This document shows, piece after piece, positions 37,147-45,744 of a stretch of DNA of 60,908 nt. The first letter of the stretch is position 1; each line of letters opens with the position of its first letter. Both the position numbers and the translations under genes were made by a program. The notes beneath the pieces were generated by a model, which searched no databases, had not been told where the DNA came from, and saw only the letters and a program-made list of their open reading frames with translations. The stretch is from Alphaproteobacteria bacterium (GTDB taxonomy: Bacteria > Pseudomonadota > Alphaproteobacteria > UBA2966 > CAIVPW01): the NCBI GenBank assembly GCA_018658465.1, contig JABHVE010000056.1, forward strand, positions 1 to 60,908. The letters are read 5' to 3'.

Positions 37147-39927
37147 CTAATTTGGGCCCAACACTTCGTTGATGGCATCTGTCACTTCGGTCACATCGAT
37201 GGGCTTGGTAATGTACCGCTTGAAGCCTGCGGCCAACCCCTTTTCCACGTCTTCCTTTGACGCCATGGCGGTCAGTGCGATGACCGGGATATCTGCCGTC
37301 CCGGGTGATTCAGCTAGGGCCTGACGGGCGGTTTCCCCATCGATACCCGGTAGGCTGAGGTCCATCAGGATAAGGTCCGGCAGGTGCAGCGCAGCCATTT
37401 CCAGGCCAATTTCCGCGGTCGGCGCCGAAACCATTGAGGTGTCGGGAATGCCGTCGATCAGGGCCTCAAGAAACCTTAGGCTTGAGAGATTATCTTCGAC
37501 ACACAAAATTGTGCGGTTGCGATCGATTAGTTCCACGGCGCCGTCAGCGCCTTGGATGGCCGGCCCGAGGGAACCTTCTTCGATGGGGAATTCCACCCAG
37601 AATTTACTGCCAACGCCAAAGCTGCTGGTGAACCCTACGCGGCCACCCATGGCCTCGGTCAAACGCTTGGTGATCGACAGGCCGATCCCCGTTCCCGGGA
37701 TGGCGGATTTTTCTTTGCCCAGGCGCGAAAACGGCTGGAACACTTCGGATTGGCGTTCTTCGGGAATACCGACACCAGTATCGGTGACTGAAAATCGCAA
37801 GAACCGATCTTCGGTTTCTTCCGCTGACAACAACAGCGATCCGCCTTCGGTATTGTATTTAACGCCGTTGGTCAGAATGTTCAGCAGCACCTGGTGCAGG
37901 CGGGTGGAATCAACCTTGATCAAGGGCAACTGCAACGCCGTCGTCAGATCGCGGAATTCGATGCCCCGTTGGTCTGCCAAATGTCGTGCGGTGGTGGAGG
38001 CAGTCATCACAAGTTCCACTGGGTCCAAATTTTTTAGGTCCAGCGAAACCCCCGTCGCATCAATTTGTGCCAGATCCAGAACGTCCTCGATCAACGACAT
38101 CAAATGTCTGCCCGATGACAAAACGTGGCCGGTGTAGCGGCGTCTATTGGCATCGGCAACTGGATCCAAATCCCGATCCAATATCTGGCTGAATCCCAAA
38201 ATCGCATTTAGCGGCGAACGCAATTCGTGGCTCATGGACGACAAGAAATCAGTCTTGGCTTGGCTTGCCCGCTCCGCCTCCTTCATCGCAATCTCCGCAG
38301 CTTCCTTGGCCGCTGTCAAAGCCTCCGCCGCTTCCACCCGATCCGTGATGTCGGTGATGGATCCCGCCATGTGTTGGGGCGTGCCATCGGCGCCCCACAC
38401 TGCCTGACCGCTTTCGTGGACCCAGATAAAGCGGCCATCCGCGTGGCGCATGCGGAAATCAATCTCGAACCGGATGCGATCCTCCAAGTGAAGAGTCAAC
38501 GCATGTTTTAATCCGGGCAAATCATCCGGGTGAACCAAATCGAAAAATGCATCAACGCCCGGTGGAGTACTGGCCTCGGTATAGCCCAAAATTTCGTGCC
38601 AACGGGCCGATCGATAACTTTGCCCAGCAAGGATGTCCCAATCCCAAATTCCTGAATCTGTTCCGGCGACGGCCAACGCATAGCGTTCTTGGCTATCCTC
38701 TAAATCTCTGGTTCTCGCCAAGACTTGTTTGCGCAGAGTCCACGACCAGGCGAGAATTCCACCCGCGAATGCCAATGCCGCGACCAATGCGGCCCCAAGG
38801 ATCTGGAACAGAGTTGTGCGTTGTACAGCATCGCGCGCCGCCGGATCAAAAACATAATCCAAATACTTGAAATTTCCGTCCACAAGCCCGGCCCTGGACA
38901 GCACCCCAAACATCGACGCCCAGCGATCAGGGTTGGAATGGCCCAAGGGAATTTCCGGGTAGTGCAGCACCACCAAGCCAATCTCATTCAACATCGACCG
39001 GTTGAACAGTTGAGGTTTGGGCACCGGTGCGGCGCGCACAAGGTCCGTAGCAATCCTGTCGGCAATGGCGTCGGGGTGGGTGAGCGCAAATTCCCAGCCT
39101 TTTAGACTGGCGTCTATGAATCGCTGAACAAGTTCTGGATTCTGTTCCGCAAGCTGTTCCGAGGTGAAAATGGCATCGCCGTAAAAATCGACACCATACG
39201 CAGATGGCCGCAGCAAGGCGCCCGGCAGGCCCAAATTTTTCACCAACCAATTGCCTGCGGGCCAAAAGGTAAAATAGGCATCGATGGTTCGGTTCTCAAG
39301 CAGGGTTGGGCCAGTCCCAGGCATGCCATCCACCCAACGGATTTTGCTGGGGTCGATCCCTTCGGCGGCCAGCACGGCATCGAATTCCGCCCGAGCGAGA
39401 TCCGAATTTGGCCGCATGACCGCCATGCCGACAATATCTGCGGGCGATGCGACGCGGGAATAAACTCGGGATATCAGGCCAAACCCACTTTGCTGGAAAA
39501 CCGGGCTGGCGATCCGCAAGGGCGCGCCGCCATCGATTGCCACCAACACGTCAGCAGCGCCAATGCCGAAATCTGCCCGGCCCTGCAGCACTTCTTCGAT
39601 GGGGTTGACTCGGCCGCCCTCTGGAAACGCCGAACGGACCTCCACATCAAACCCGGCATCAGCGTAATAGCCCTGCCAAACGGCAGCGTAATACCCGGCG
39701 AATTGGGCTTGATGTTCCCACCGGAGCTGCAGCACGATTTTTTCCGGTGGCGGCGGCGGCGCAGCTTCTTGGGCCGTCGCAGGTGACCCTGCAAACATGC
39801 CAACGGCAATCAGGCCAGCAAGGGCGACGGACAGAGCCCGACCAAGGACTGGCGCAGCCCAATTTCGGGAAATATCAGAGTCTCGCATTCCGCAACAAGG
39901 CCCAAGGAGTTTCGCTATCCCACCCAT
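37147..39927 (-). CDS. Hybrid sensor histidine kinase with periplasmic NMT1/SsuA-like solute-binding domain, PAS, HisKA, HATPase, receiver
   Basis: Periplasmic LQLRWEHQAQFAGYYAAVWQGYYADAGFDVEV. H-box SMSHELRSPLNAILGFSQ. GTGIGLSITKRL. REC ILCVEDN...LILMDLSLPGIDG. ATG 39888 is an alternative start. Confidence 0.85.
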   Translation of the reverse strand: MGGIAKLLGPCCGMRDSDISRNWAAPVLGRALSVALAGLIAVGMFAGSPATAQEAAPPPPPEKIVLQLRWEHQAQFAGYYAAVWQGYYADAGFDVEVRSAFPEGGRVNPIEEVLQGRADFGIGAADVLVAIDGGAPLRIASPVFQQSGFGLISRVYSRVASPADIVGMAVMRPNSDLARAEFDAVLAAEGIDPSKIRWVDGMPGTGPTLLENRTIDAYFTFWPAGNWLVKNLGLPGALLRPSAYGVDFYGDAIFTSEQLAEQNPELVQRFIDASLKGWEFALTHPDAIADRIATDLVRAAPVPKPQLFNRSMLNEIGLVVLHYPEIPLGHSNPDRWASMFGVLSRAGLVDGNFKYLDYVFDPAARDAVQRTTLFQILGAALVAALAFAGGILAWSWTLRKQVLARTRDLEDSQERYALAVAGTDSGIWDWDILAGQSYRSARWHEILGYTEASTPPGVDAFFDLVHPDDLPGLKHALTLHLEDRIRFEIDFRMRHADGRFIWVHESGQAVWGADGTPQHMAGSITDITDRVEAAEALTAAKEAAEIAMKEAERASQAKTDFLSSMSHELRSPLNAILGFSQILDRDLDPVADANRRRYTGHVLSSGRHLMSLIEDVLDLAQIDATGVSLDLKNLDPVELVMTASTTARHLADQRGIEFRDLTTALQLPLIKVDSTRLHQVLLNILTNGVKYNTEGGSLLLSAEETEDRFLRFSVTDTGVGIPEERQSEVFQPFSRLGKEKSAIPGTGIGLSITKRLTEAMGGRVGFTSSFGVGSKFWVEFPIEEGSLGPAIQGADGAVELIDRNRTILCVEDNLSSLRFLEALIDGIPDTSMVSAPTAEIGLEMAALHLPDLILMDLSLPGIDGETARQALAESPGTADIPVIALTAMASKEDVEKGLAAGFKRYITKPIDVTEVTDAINEVLGPN

Positions 39928-40014
39928 CCTAGCGCCAAACGTGTGTTTTCAGGCTAATTGATTCTCACATTTGCAAGAAAGATCGCCCAATTGCGGAATG
40001 CCAAGGATTTTTGC

Positions 40015-40069
40015 TGGTGCCCGCTGCTGGACTCGAACCAGCACGGCCGTTAGGCCAAGGGATTTTAAG
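40015..40069 (-). pseudogene. 3' half of tRNA-Leu(UAA) only, from anticodon loop to CCA. The 5' half is absent.
   Basis: Minus-strand read: CTTAAAA-TCCCT-T-GGCC-TAAC-GGCC-GT-GCTGG-TTCGAGT-CCAGC-AGCGGGC-A-CCA (class II long variable arm). Upstream there is no AGGGA stem, D arm or GCCCGCT acceptor strand. Confidence 0.8.
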
Positions 40070-40195
40070 ACCTCAAACCCAACATTCCTGTACAACCTTT
40101 TTCGGCTCAAATCGGCTGAAAATATGAGTTGTCGTTTATCCACAGCGAGGGCGACCACCCAGAACGTTCCGTAAAAATCTGTGCCTGATTACACA
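40063..40195. repeat. Left copy of a perfect 133-bp direct repeat
   Basis: I compared ttttaagacctcaaaccc...gtgcctgattacaca base by base and found it identical to 60776-60908. It starts inside the tRNA-Leu anticodon loop. Confidence 0.95.
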
Positions 40196-40496
40196 GGAAT
40201 TACACCGGCCCGTCTCGCCCTCTTTTTGCTGCCCACCAACCCGTGCCGTCGTCAACGTACTGATCCGTGCTGACTGAGAGCCATCCCGTACCCCTATTTA
40301 CTTGATGCACCCGGTTTTAAAAAACTTCTGCATTGTTCTCGGCGAATCTGTGGCATTTTCCCGCGATGAGGCCCTGCGTCAACCTCATGATGTCCAAATC
40401 AGTCTCGTCAGTGATCGGAACCCAAACCATCGGACCGGTTGAAAGGGGTTCGATCTCGATTTAGAAATTGGGGTCCCCGGGAAATCGAGGCCCAGG

Positions 40497-43400
40497 TCAA
40501 ATTGCGCCAACAATGGCGTCAGCCAATGCCTGAACGTGGGGCGGGCGGATCATGGAAATATGACTTCCTGGCACTGGAATAACTTGGACCGGCTGCGCGG
40601 TGTGCTGCTGCCAACCCAGATCCGGGCGGCGGGCAAGCCTACCTGGGCCGGAGGTGCTGCCGGACATTTTTCCTTCTGCCCTAAACACCAAGACCCGCCC
40701 GGGGTATAGGCCCCCCTCGTATTCTCCGGTGATGCGGTTGTGATCCAGCATCAGCTTCAGGAAACCCTGGAACTCTTCGACCCTGGTGGCCTCGGGCGCC
40801 AGCTCAAACGCTTTGAATTTGTCAAGAAACAGACTGTTTGTTTCCTCCATGCTGCTTGCCGCCAGCAGTTCCTTGGACAATCCGATGTCGTGGCCCACAA
40901 GTTCCGAAACCTTGTTCGCGAACGCAAAGAGTTTGGCCGTCAAATCCTCCGAACCGGACGTTGAATCGCTGGTCAGATCGGGCGCGATCTGGTCGAGCAC
41001 GGCGACAATCGGGGCGACACCTGTCCTCTGATGAAAAAGGCGCGCCATTTCAAAAGCGGCCAGCGCACCCATCGACCAACCCCCCAGAATCGGAACGCCG
41101 TCGTGGACAATATCAAGCATCGCCTCCAGATAAATTTCCGCCATCTTCGCGATGGAACCGGGCGCGACCCCGCCCTCTCCAAGCGCTGCCTGCAAACCCC
41201 AGAACGGTATCTCAGTACCCAGGCAACGGGCCAAATCGTAATAGCAAAGAACATTTCCTCCGGCAGGATGGACGAAAAAGCACGGGGGTTTTTTCCCCTT
41301 GGGCTGAATGGAGACCAGTGGAGTGGCGGCTGGGGCGTCAGCATCCGCCCGCAGCAAGTCGGCTAACCTCCGTATCGATCCGTACTCGAACATAGCCGAG
41401 AGCGGAATGCTGCGGCCAAATTTCTGGTGGATTGCGGCCATCAATCGCACCGCCAGCAAGGAATGCCCGCCCAATTCGAAAAATCCATCATCGATGCCTA
41501 TTTTTTCGATCTCCAGAACGTCCTGCCAAAGTTTCAACAGCTCCAGTTCCCAAGTATCGCGCGGTGCCCCGCCGGCAAATTTTTCTGCTTCAGGTTTGGA
41601 TTGGGCAAGGGCCCCGCGGTCAATTTTTCCGTTTGGCGTTAGCGGAATAGCGTCCGGGAAAGCGAACGAATTTGGAATCATGTAACCCGGTAGCCGAGAC
41701 TTCAGATAACGGGTCATGGTTTGGGCGCCAATTTCCGATCCCGCCCGACGACGGACGTATGCTGAGATCCGGCTCGTAGGAGCCTTGTCGTGGGGGCCCA
41801 GAACAACCGCCTGTTCCACGTCCGCGTGAGACAAAATCACCTGTTCAATTTCTTCCAAGTCCACACGAAACCCTCTGATCTTGATCTGCCGGTCGGCGCG
41901 GCCGAGAAATTCGATGGCGCCGTTTTCTAACTTTCGGCCCCGGTCGCCGCTGCGGTACAGGCGCTCCCCGAGCGTCCAAGGATCGGCCTGAAATTTTTCG
42001 GCGGTCCAATCGGGACGATTCAAATATCCCCGGGCAACCGTTGGACCACCGATAAAAATTTCCCCATGGATTCCGTCCGGTACCGGCTGGCGCTGACCAT
42101 CCAGCACATACGCGCAGGCGCCGCCGATGGGAAAGCCCAGGGGCACAGTGCTGGCAGCAAACGACTCATTGCTCGGAACTTCATAGGCCAGCACTCCAAC
42201 TGTTGTTTCGCTTGGGCCATAGTGATTCAGTATCCGCAGCGCCGGCGACACGTTACGGATTTCCCGAATTAATTCCGGCAGGCATGTCTCACCACCCAGC
42301 ACCAAGAGCATGCGTGGCAGCAGTGCGGGGGACTGTCCAGGCCCCATCAGAGCCCGCAGATGTGCAGGAACAATCTTTAAGCAATCCACGGGCCGGCGGC
42401 CGAAGTATTCGGCCAGGGCTACCGCGTCAGTGACGATTTTTTCGGGGACCAACACCACGCACCCGCCATTTAACAAAGGCGGGAAAAGCATGGTGTAGCC
42501 GAGGTCCGCGGCGGCTGAGGTGACTGTGGCAAAGCGGTCGCCCGCGCCCAAGCCCATAACGGCCCAAATGCCTTCGCAATAATGGGCCAGATGGCCGTGC
42601 TCGACCTCGATCCCCTTGGGGGCCCCCGTACTGCCGGATGTGTACACAATATATGCCAGCTGGCCCCCTTCCTCATCCAACCCTTGGTCGCCCGTCAAAT
42701 TGGCCGGGTCCTGTGCGCCGACGGCGTCGGCGCATTCGTCCAGATTTATGGCAGTTACGATTTCCAGGATTTCCCCCAAACCCACGTCGACGGCCGAGTC
42801 TGACAGAAGAAAATTTGCCTCGGCGTCCCTCAACATCGCTGCCATTCTATGGGGAGGATTAATAGGATCCAGGGCAACAAAAGGACTGCCCATTTTCCAT
42901 ACAGCCAGGACCCCAACCAACAGTTCCGGCGACCGTGGCAGCAGCAGCGCCACAGGCTCCCCCCGAGACGCTCCTGCCTTTACCAGGTGCCGCGCCAACT
43001 GGTTGGCCCGGGCGTTGAGTTCCTCGTAGTTGAGTTCTGTGTCCGCCCCTTCGGCGGCCATGGCGTACGGTGTTCGCGCAACCTGGGCTTCAAACTGGCG
43101 GTGCAGTGAAGGCGGGGCTGGCGGGGCTGCCACGACCGCCGGCCTCGGAGCTGAAATTTCCGTGTCGAAATATTCCAGCGAGCCCACCGCGCAATCAGGA
43201 TTGGCAATCACGCTTTCAAGCATGGATTGGTAGTGGTCCAACATCCGCCGGACAGTGGCCGCGGCAAAAACATCTTTGGAGTAGTGCAGCGTCAGTGTCA
43301 GCCCGTCGCCGATGTCCTCCGTCCACAGGTTCAGATCGAATTTCGCCAACCCATAATCAATTTTCAGGACTTCCAAGCGCATCCCCGGCACCTCGTAAAG

Positions 43401-44612
43401 GGATGGAACATTTTGGTGGACCAGCATGACCTGGAAAACCGGATGGCTGTTCAGGGACCGGGAGGGATTTAGCTCTCCCACCAGCCGTTCGAAAGGATAC
43501 GACTGATCCTGCACTGCGTTTTGGCAAACCGTCCGGACTTCCCCGAGAAAGATCCTGAAAGGCTTATCCCCGTTCACAGTGGTGCGCGTGACCACGGTAT
43601 TGGCGAAAAGCCCGAAAACGTTTTGAAAAGCGCGGGTGTCACGGTTGGCGGTCTGTGTGCCAACGGTGACTATTTCCTGGCCGGTGTACCGGAACAGCAG
43701 CGCGTGGAAGGTGGCCATGAGCACATGAAACGTGTTTGCCCGCTCGGCCCGGGCAAACTCCTTGATCCGAAAATTTAGGGCGGGGGCAAGCCGGGCGGTT
43801 TCAAGGCCTCCCCGGTGTGTCATCACGGCGGGCCGAGGGTGGTCGGCGGGCAGCTCCAATGGCGCCTCGAAAGATAGGCGGCCGGTCCAGCGTTCGCGCT
43901 GACCGTCGGCGGCGGCGCTGTTCAACCATTCCCGCTCCCAACCAACAAAATCGATGTATTGAAATTTTTGGTTGGGAAGTGGATCCGGCGCGGACGCGGC
44001 CAAAGCCCCATAGATGGCGGAAATCTCCCGGCCCAGCATTGCATTGGACCAGCCATCGGAGACGATGTGGTGGGTCGTGTTAAGCAAGAGGTACTCTTTG
44101 TCCCCCACCTGAACGACTGTGAACGCAAACAGCGGGCCGGTGTCCAACACAAACCGCCGCAACCCTTCCGCACGGGCGATTTCCATGGCCTGGTGTTCGC
44201 GCTCCTTTGGAGGCAGCTCGCGCAAATCCCGCCACGAAAACGCCGGTGCCAATTTTTTGTGCACACGTTGGTACGGTCGTCCTCCATCGGCGTGAAAAGT
44301 CGTACGCAGGATTTCGTGGCGAAGCGAGAAAGTTTTGACGGCTTCCTCCATCCAATGCGCGTTCAGAGGTTCCTCCCGGGTGGCACGCAGGGCACCGGGA
44401 TTGTTGAACGCCGAGGAGGAATCCGGAGAAAGTTGGGTCAGAAACCATATGCGCTCTTGGGCACCGGACAACGGGTAGTGTTGCTGTTGGTTTCGGGGCA
44501 TGTGCCCAACTGTTGGACCAGTACCGCCCCCCGACTCGTTCAACTTCTTTACAAGGGCCTGGATTCGATCCGGCGATAACGAAGCCAATCGCTGACCTAA
44601 ATGGTCAGTCAT
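40497..44612 (-). CDS. NRPS termination module, C-A-T-TE
   Basis: C: LSGAQERIWFL, HHIVSDGWS. A: LAYIVYTSGSTGAPKG, NHYGPSETT, YRSGDRGR, GRADRQIKIRGFRV, PNGKIDR. T: FFELGGHSLLAVR. TE: GGWSMGA. Start at MTDHLG (ATG 44612), overlapping the ER stop by 8 nt. Confidence 0.9.
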   Translation of the reverse strand: MTDHLGQRLASLSPDRIQALVKKLNESGGGTGPTVGHMPRNQQQHYPLSGAQERIWFLTQLSPDSSSAFNNPGALRATREEPLNAHWMEEAVKTFSLRHEILRTTFHADGGRPYQRVHKKLAPAFSWRDLRELPPKEREHQAMEIARAEGLRRFVLDTGPLFAFTVVQVGDKEYLLLNTTHHIVSDGWSNAMLGREISAIYGALAASAPDPLPNQKFQYIDFVGWEREWLNSAAADGQRERWTGRLSFEAPLELPADHPRPAVMTHRGGLETARLAPALNFRIKEFARAERANTFHVLMATFHALLFRYTGQEIVTVGTQTANRDTRAFQNVFGLFANTVVTRTTVNGDKPFRIFLGEVRTVCQNAVQDQSYPFERLVGELNPSRSLNSHPVFQVMLVHQNVPSLYEVPGMRLEVLKIDYGLAKFDLNLWTEDIGDGLTLTLHYSKDVFAAATVRRMLDHYQSMLESVIANPDCAVGSLEYFDTEISAPRPAVVAAPPAPPSLHRQFEAQVARTPYAMAAEGADTELNYEELNARANQLARHLVKAGASRGEPVALLLPRSPELLVGVLAVWKMGSPFVALDPINPPHRMAAMLRDAEANFLLSDSAVDVGLGEILEIVTAINLDECADAVGAQDPANLTGDQGLDEEGGQLAYIVYTSGSTGAPKGIEVEHGHLAHYCEGIWAVMGLGAGDRFATVTSAAADLGYTMLFPPLLNGGCVVLVPEKIVTDAVALAEYFGRRPVDCLKIVPAHLRALMGPGQSPALLPRMLLVLGGETCLPELIREIRNVSPALRILNHYGPSETTVGVLAYEVPSNESFAASTVPLGFPIGGACAYVLDGQRQPVPDGIHGEIFIGGPTVARGYLNRPDWTAEKFQADPWTLGERLYRSGDRGRKLENGAIEFLGRADRQIKIRGFRVDLEEIEQVILSHADVEQAVVLGPHDKAPTSRISAYVRRRAGSEIGAQTMTRYLKSRLPGYMIPNSFAFPDAIPLTPNGKIDRGALAQSKPEAEKFAGGAPRDTWELELLKLWQDVLEIEKIGIDDGFFELGGHSLLAVRLMAAIHQKFGRSIPLSAMFEYGSIRRLADLLRADADAPAATPLVSIQPKGKKPPCFFVHPAGGNVLCYYDLARCLGTEIPFWGLQAALGEGGVAPGSIAKMAEIYLEAMLDIVHDGVPILGGWSMGALAAFEMARLFHQRTGVAPIVAVLDQIAPDLTSDSTSGSEDLTAKLFAFANKVSELVGHDIGLSKELLAASSMEETNSLFLDKFKAFELAPEATRVEEFQGFLKLMLDHNRITGEYEGGLYPGRVLVFRAEGKMSGSTSGPGRLARRPDLGWQQHTAQPVQVIPVPGSHISMIRPPHVQALADAIVGAI

Positions 44613-45744
44613 ACGTGAGCACGAGCTTTCCCGTGTGCTGATATCGGGACATGAGCGTAAAAACCTCACCGATTTGGTCCACGGGGAACACCACCGTCTG
44701 AACCGGGTCAAAATGACCCTGGCCCAGATGATTGACGACCTCCCGCAGGAGCCCATTCATTCGGCCAGGCTGTTTCATGAACAACGAGAGATCAATGGCG
44801 GCAAAGGTCAGGCCTTTGCTGAATGGAGTGAGGTCCAGGGGCGCGCCCTGCGAAATGTCCTTTTTGTCTATCTGCAGGAATCTCCCAAATGGGCGCAGAA
44901 TTTCCAAGCCTCGGCGGACCGCCTCTCCCGACAGGGTATTCAAAATGACATCCACTCCTTCGCCGCGGGTGCGATCCATAATTTCATCGGCGAATGCCAC
45001 AGAGCGGGAATCCATGGGGCCTTCGACGCCCAGGGACACGAGCATCTCGCGCTTTTCCGGCGAGCCGGCCGTCGCGAAGATTTCGGCCCCGGTCCATTTG
45101 GCGATCTGAAGGGCCGACAGACCTACGCCACCGGTGGCCGTGTGAATTAACACCCGCTCGCCGGGCTGAATCCGGGCCACATGGCGCAAGGCGAAATAGC
45201 TTGTGGCGAAGACTGTGGGAATCCCCGCCGCGGCCTCGAACGTCATAGCGTCCGGGATCGGGACGGCTTGTTCAGCCAGCAAAAGGGGTACGGCGCAAAA
45301 ATGACCGTCCTCAATGATAACCCCTTCTGGCGTCATGCTGCCGACGGAAAGGGCGGCCACCCGATCCCCTTCCATGAACCCGGTCACACCTTCTCCGCAA
45401 GCCCGCACAATGCCCGCGTAATCCGTGCCCATCACCGATGGCACCCCAGGCGCGGCTGGATATAAGCCCATGGCGATCATCAGGTCGCGAAAATTGAGGC
45501 TGACCGCCTTGGCCTCCAGCTGAATTTGGCCGGGGCCCGGAGCGAGACCATCCATCTGATGCCTTTGGATCGAGCCGAAATTGCCCGGAGCGCCCAATCC
45601 AAATCCGTAATTTCCCCAGCCAGAGCGATCAGGTGTCTCGCTGTTTCGCGGGGCCGGTTTTTTGGCCGAGCCTACAAGCCGTTCAGCAAGTTTAGCCCGC
45701 TGCTCTGGCGAGAGGTTTGCGAGCCGGGCGGTTAGGTCAGCCAT
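44605..45744 (-). CDS. Stand-alone MDR-superfamily enoyl reductase (PKS_ER-like, trans-acting)
   Basis: LEAKAVSLNFRDLMIAMGLYP, nucleotide-binding IHTATGGVGLSALQIAK. The N-terminal ~45 aa form a non-catalytic extension containing LANLSPEQRAKLAERL. ATGA overlap with the PKS stop. Confidence 0.85.
   Translation of the reverse strand: MADLTARLANLSPEQRAKLAERLVGSAKKPAPRNSETPDRSGWGNYGFGLGAPGNFGSIQRHQMDGLAPGPGQIQLEAKAVSLNFRDLMIAMGLYPAAPGVPSVMGTDYAGIVRACGEGVTGFMEGDRVAALSVGSMTPEGVIIEDGHFCAVPLLLAEQAVPIPDAMTFEAAAGIPTVFATSYFALRHVARIQPGERVLIHTATGGVGLSALQIAKWTGAEIFATAGSPEKREMLVSLGVEGPMDSRSVAFADEIMDRTRGEGVDVILNTLSGEAVRRGLEILRPFGRFLQIDKKDISQGAPLDLTPFSKGLTFAAIDLSLFMKQPGRMNGLLREVVNHLGQGHFDPVQTVVFPVDQIGEVFTLMSRYQHTGKLVLTYD

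Noticed and set aside
39949-40158. 69-aa minus-strand ORF
   Set aside because: Chimeric reading frame. Its first 32 codons are the repeat copy of the 60575-60871 ORF. The rest is translated through the tRNA-Leu fragment and the kinase promoter region.
40070-40496. Group I intron interrupting tRNA-Leu(UAA) at the anticodon loop, as in cyanobacteria and some proteobacteria
   Set aside because: No 5' exon was found within several hundred nt: no GCCCGCT acceptor strand, D arm or AGGGA stem. The sequence next to the loop is duplicated 20.7 kb away and is part of an ORF there. The residue preceding the 3' exon is not the expected terminal G.
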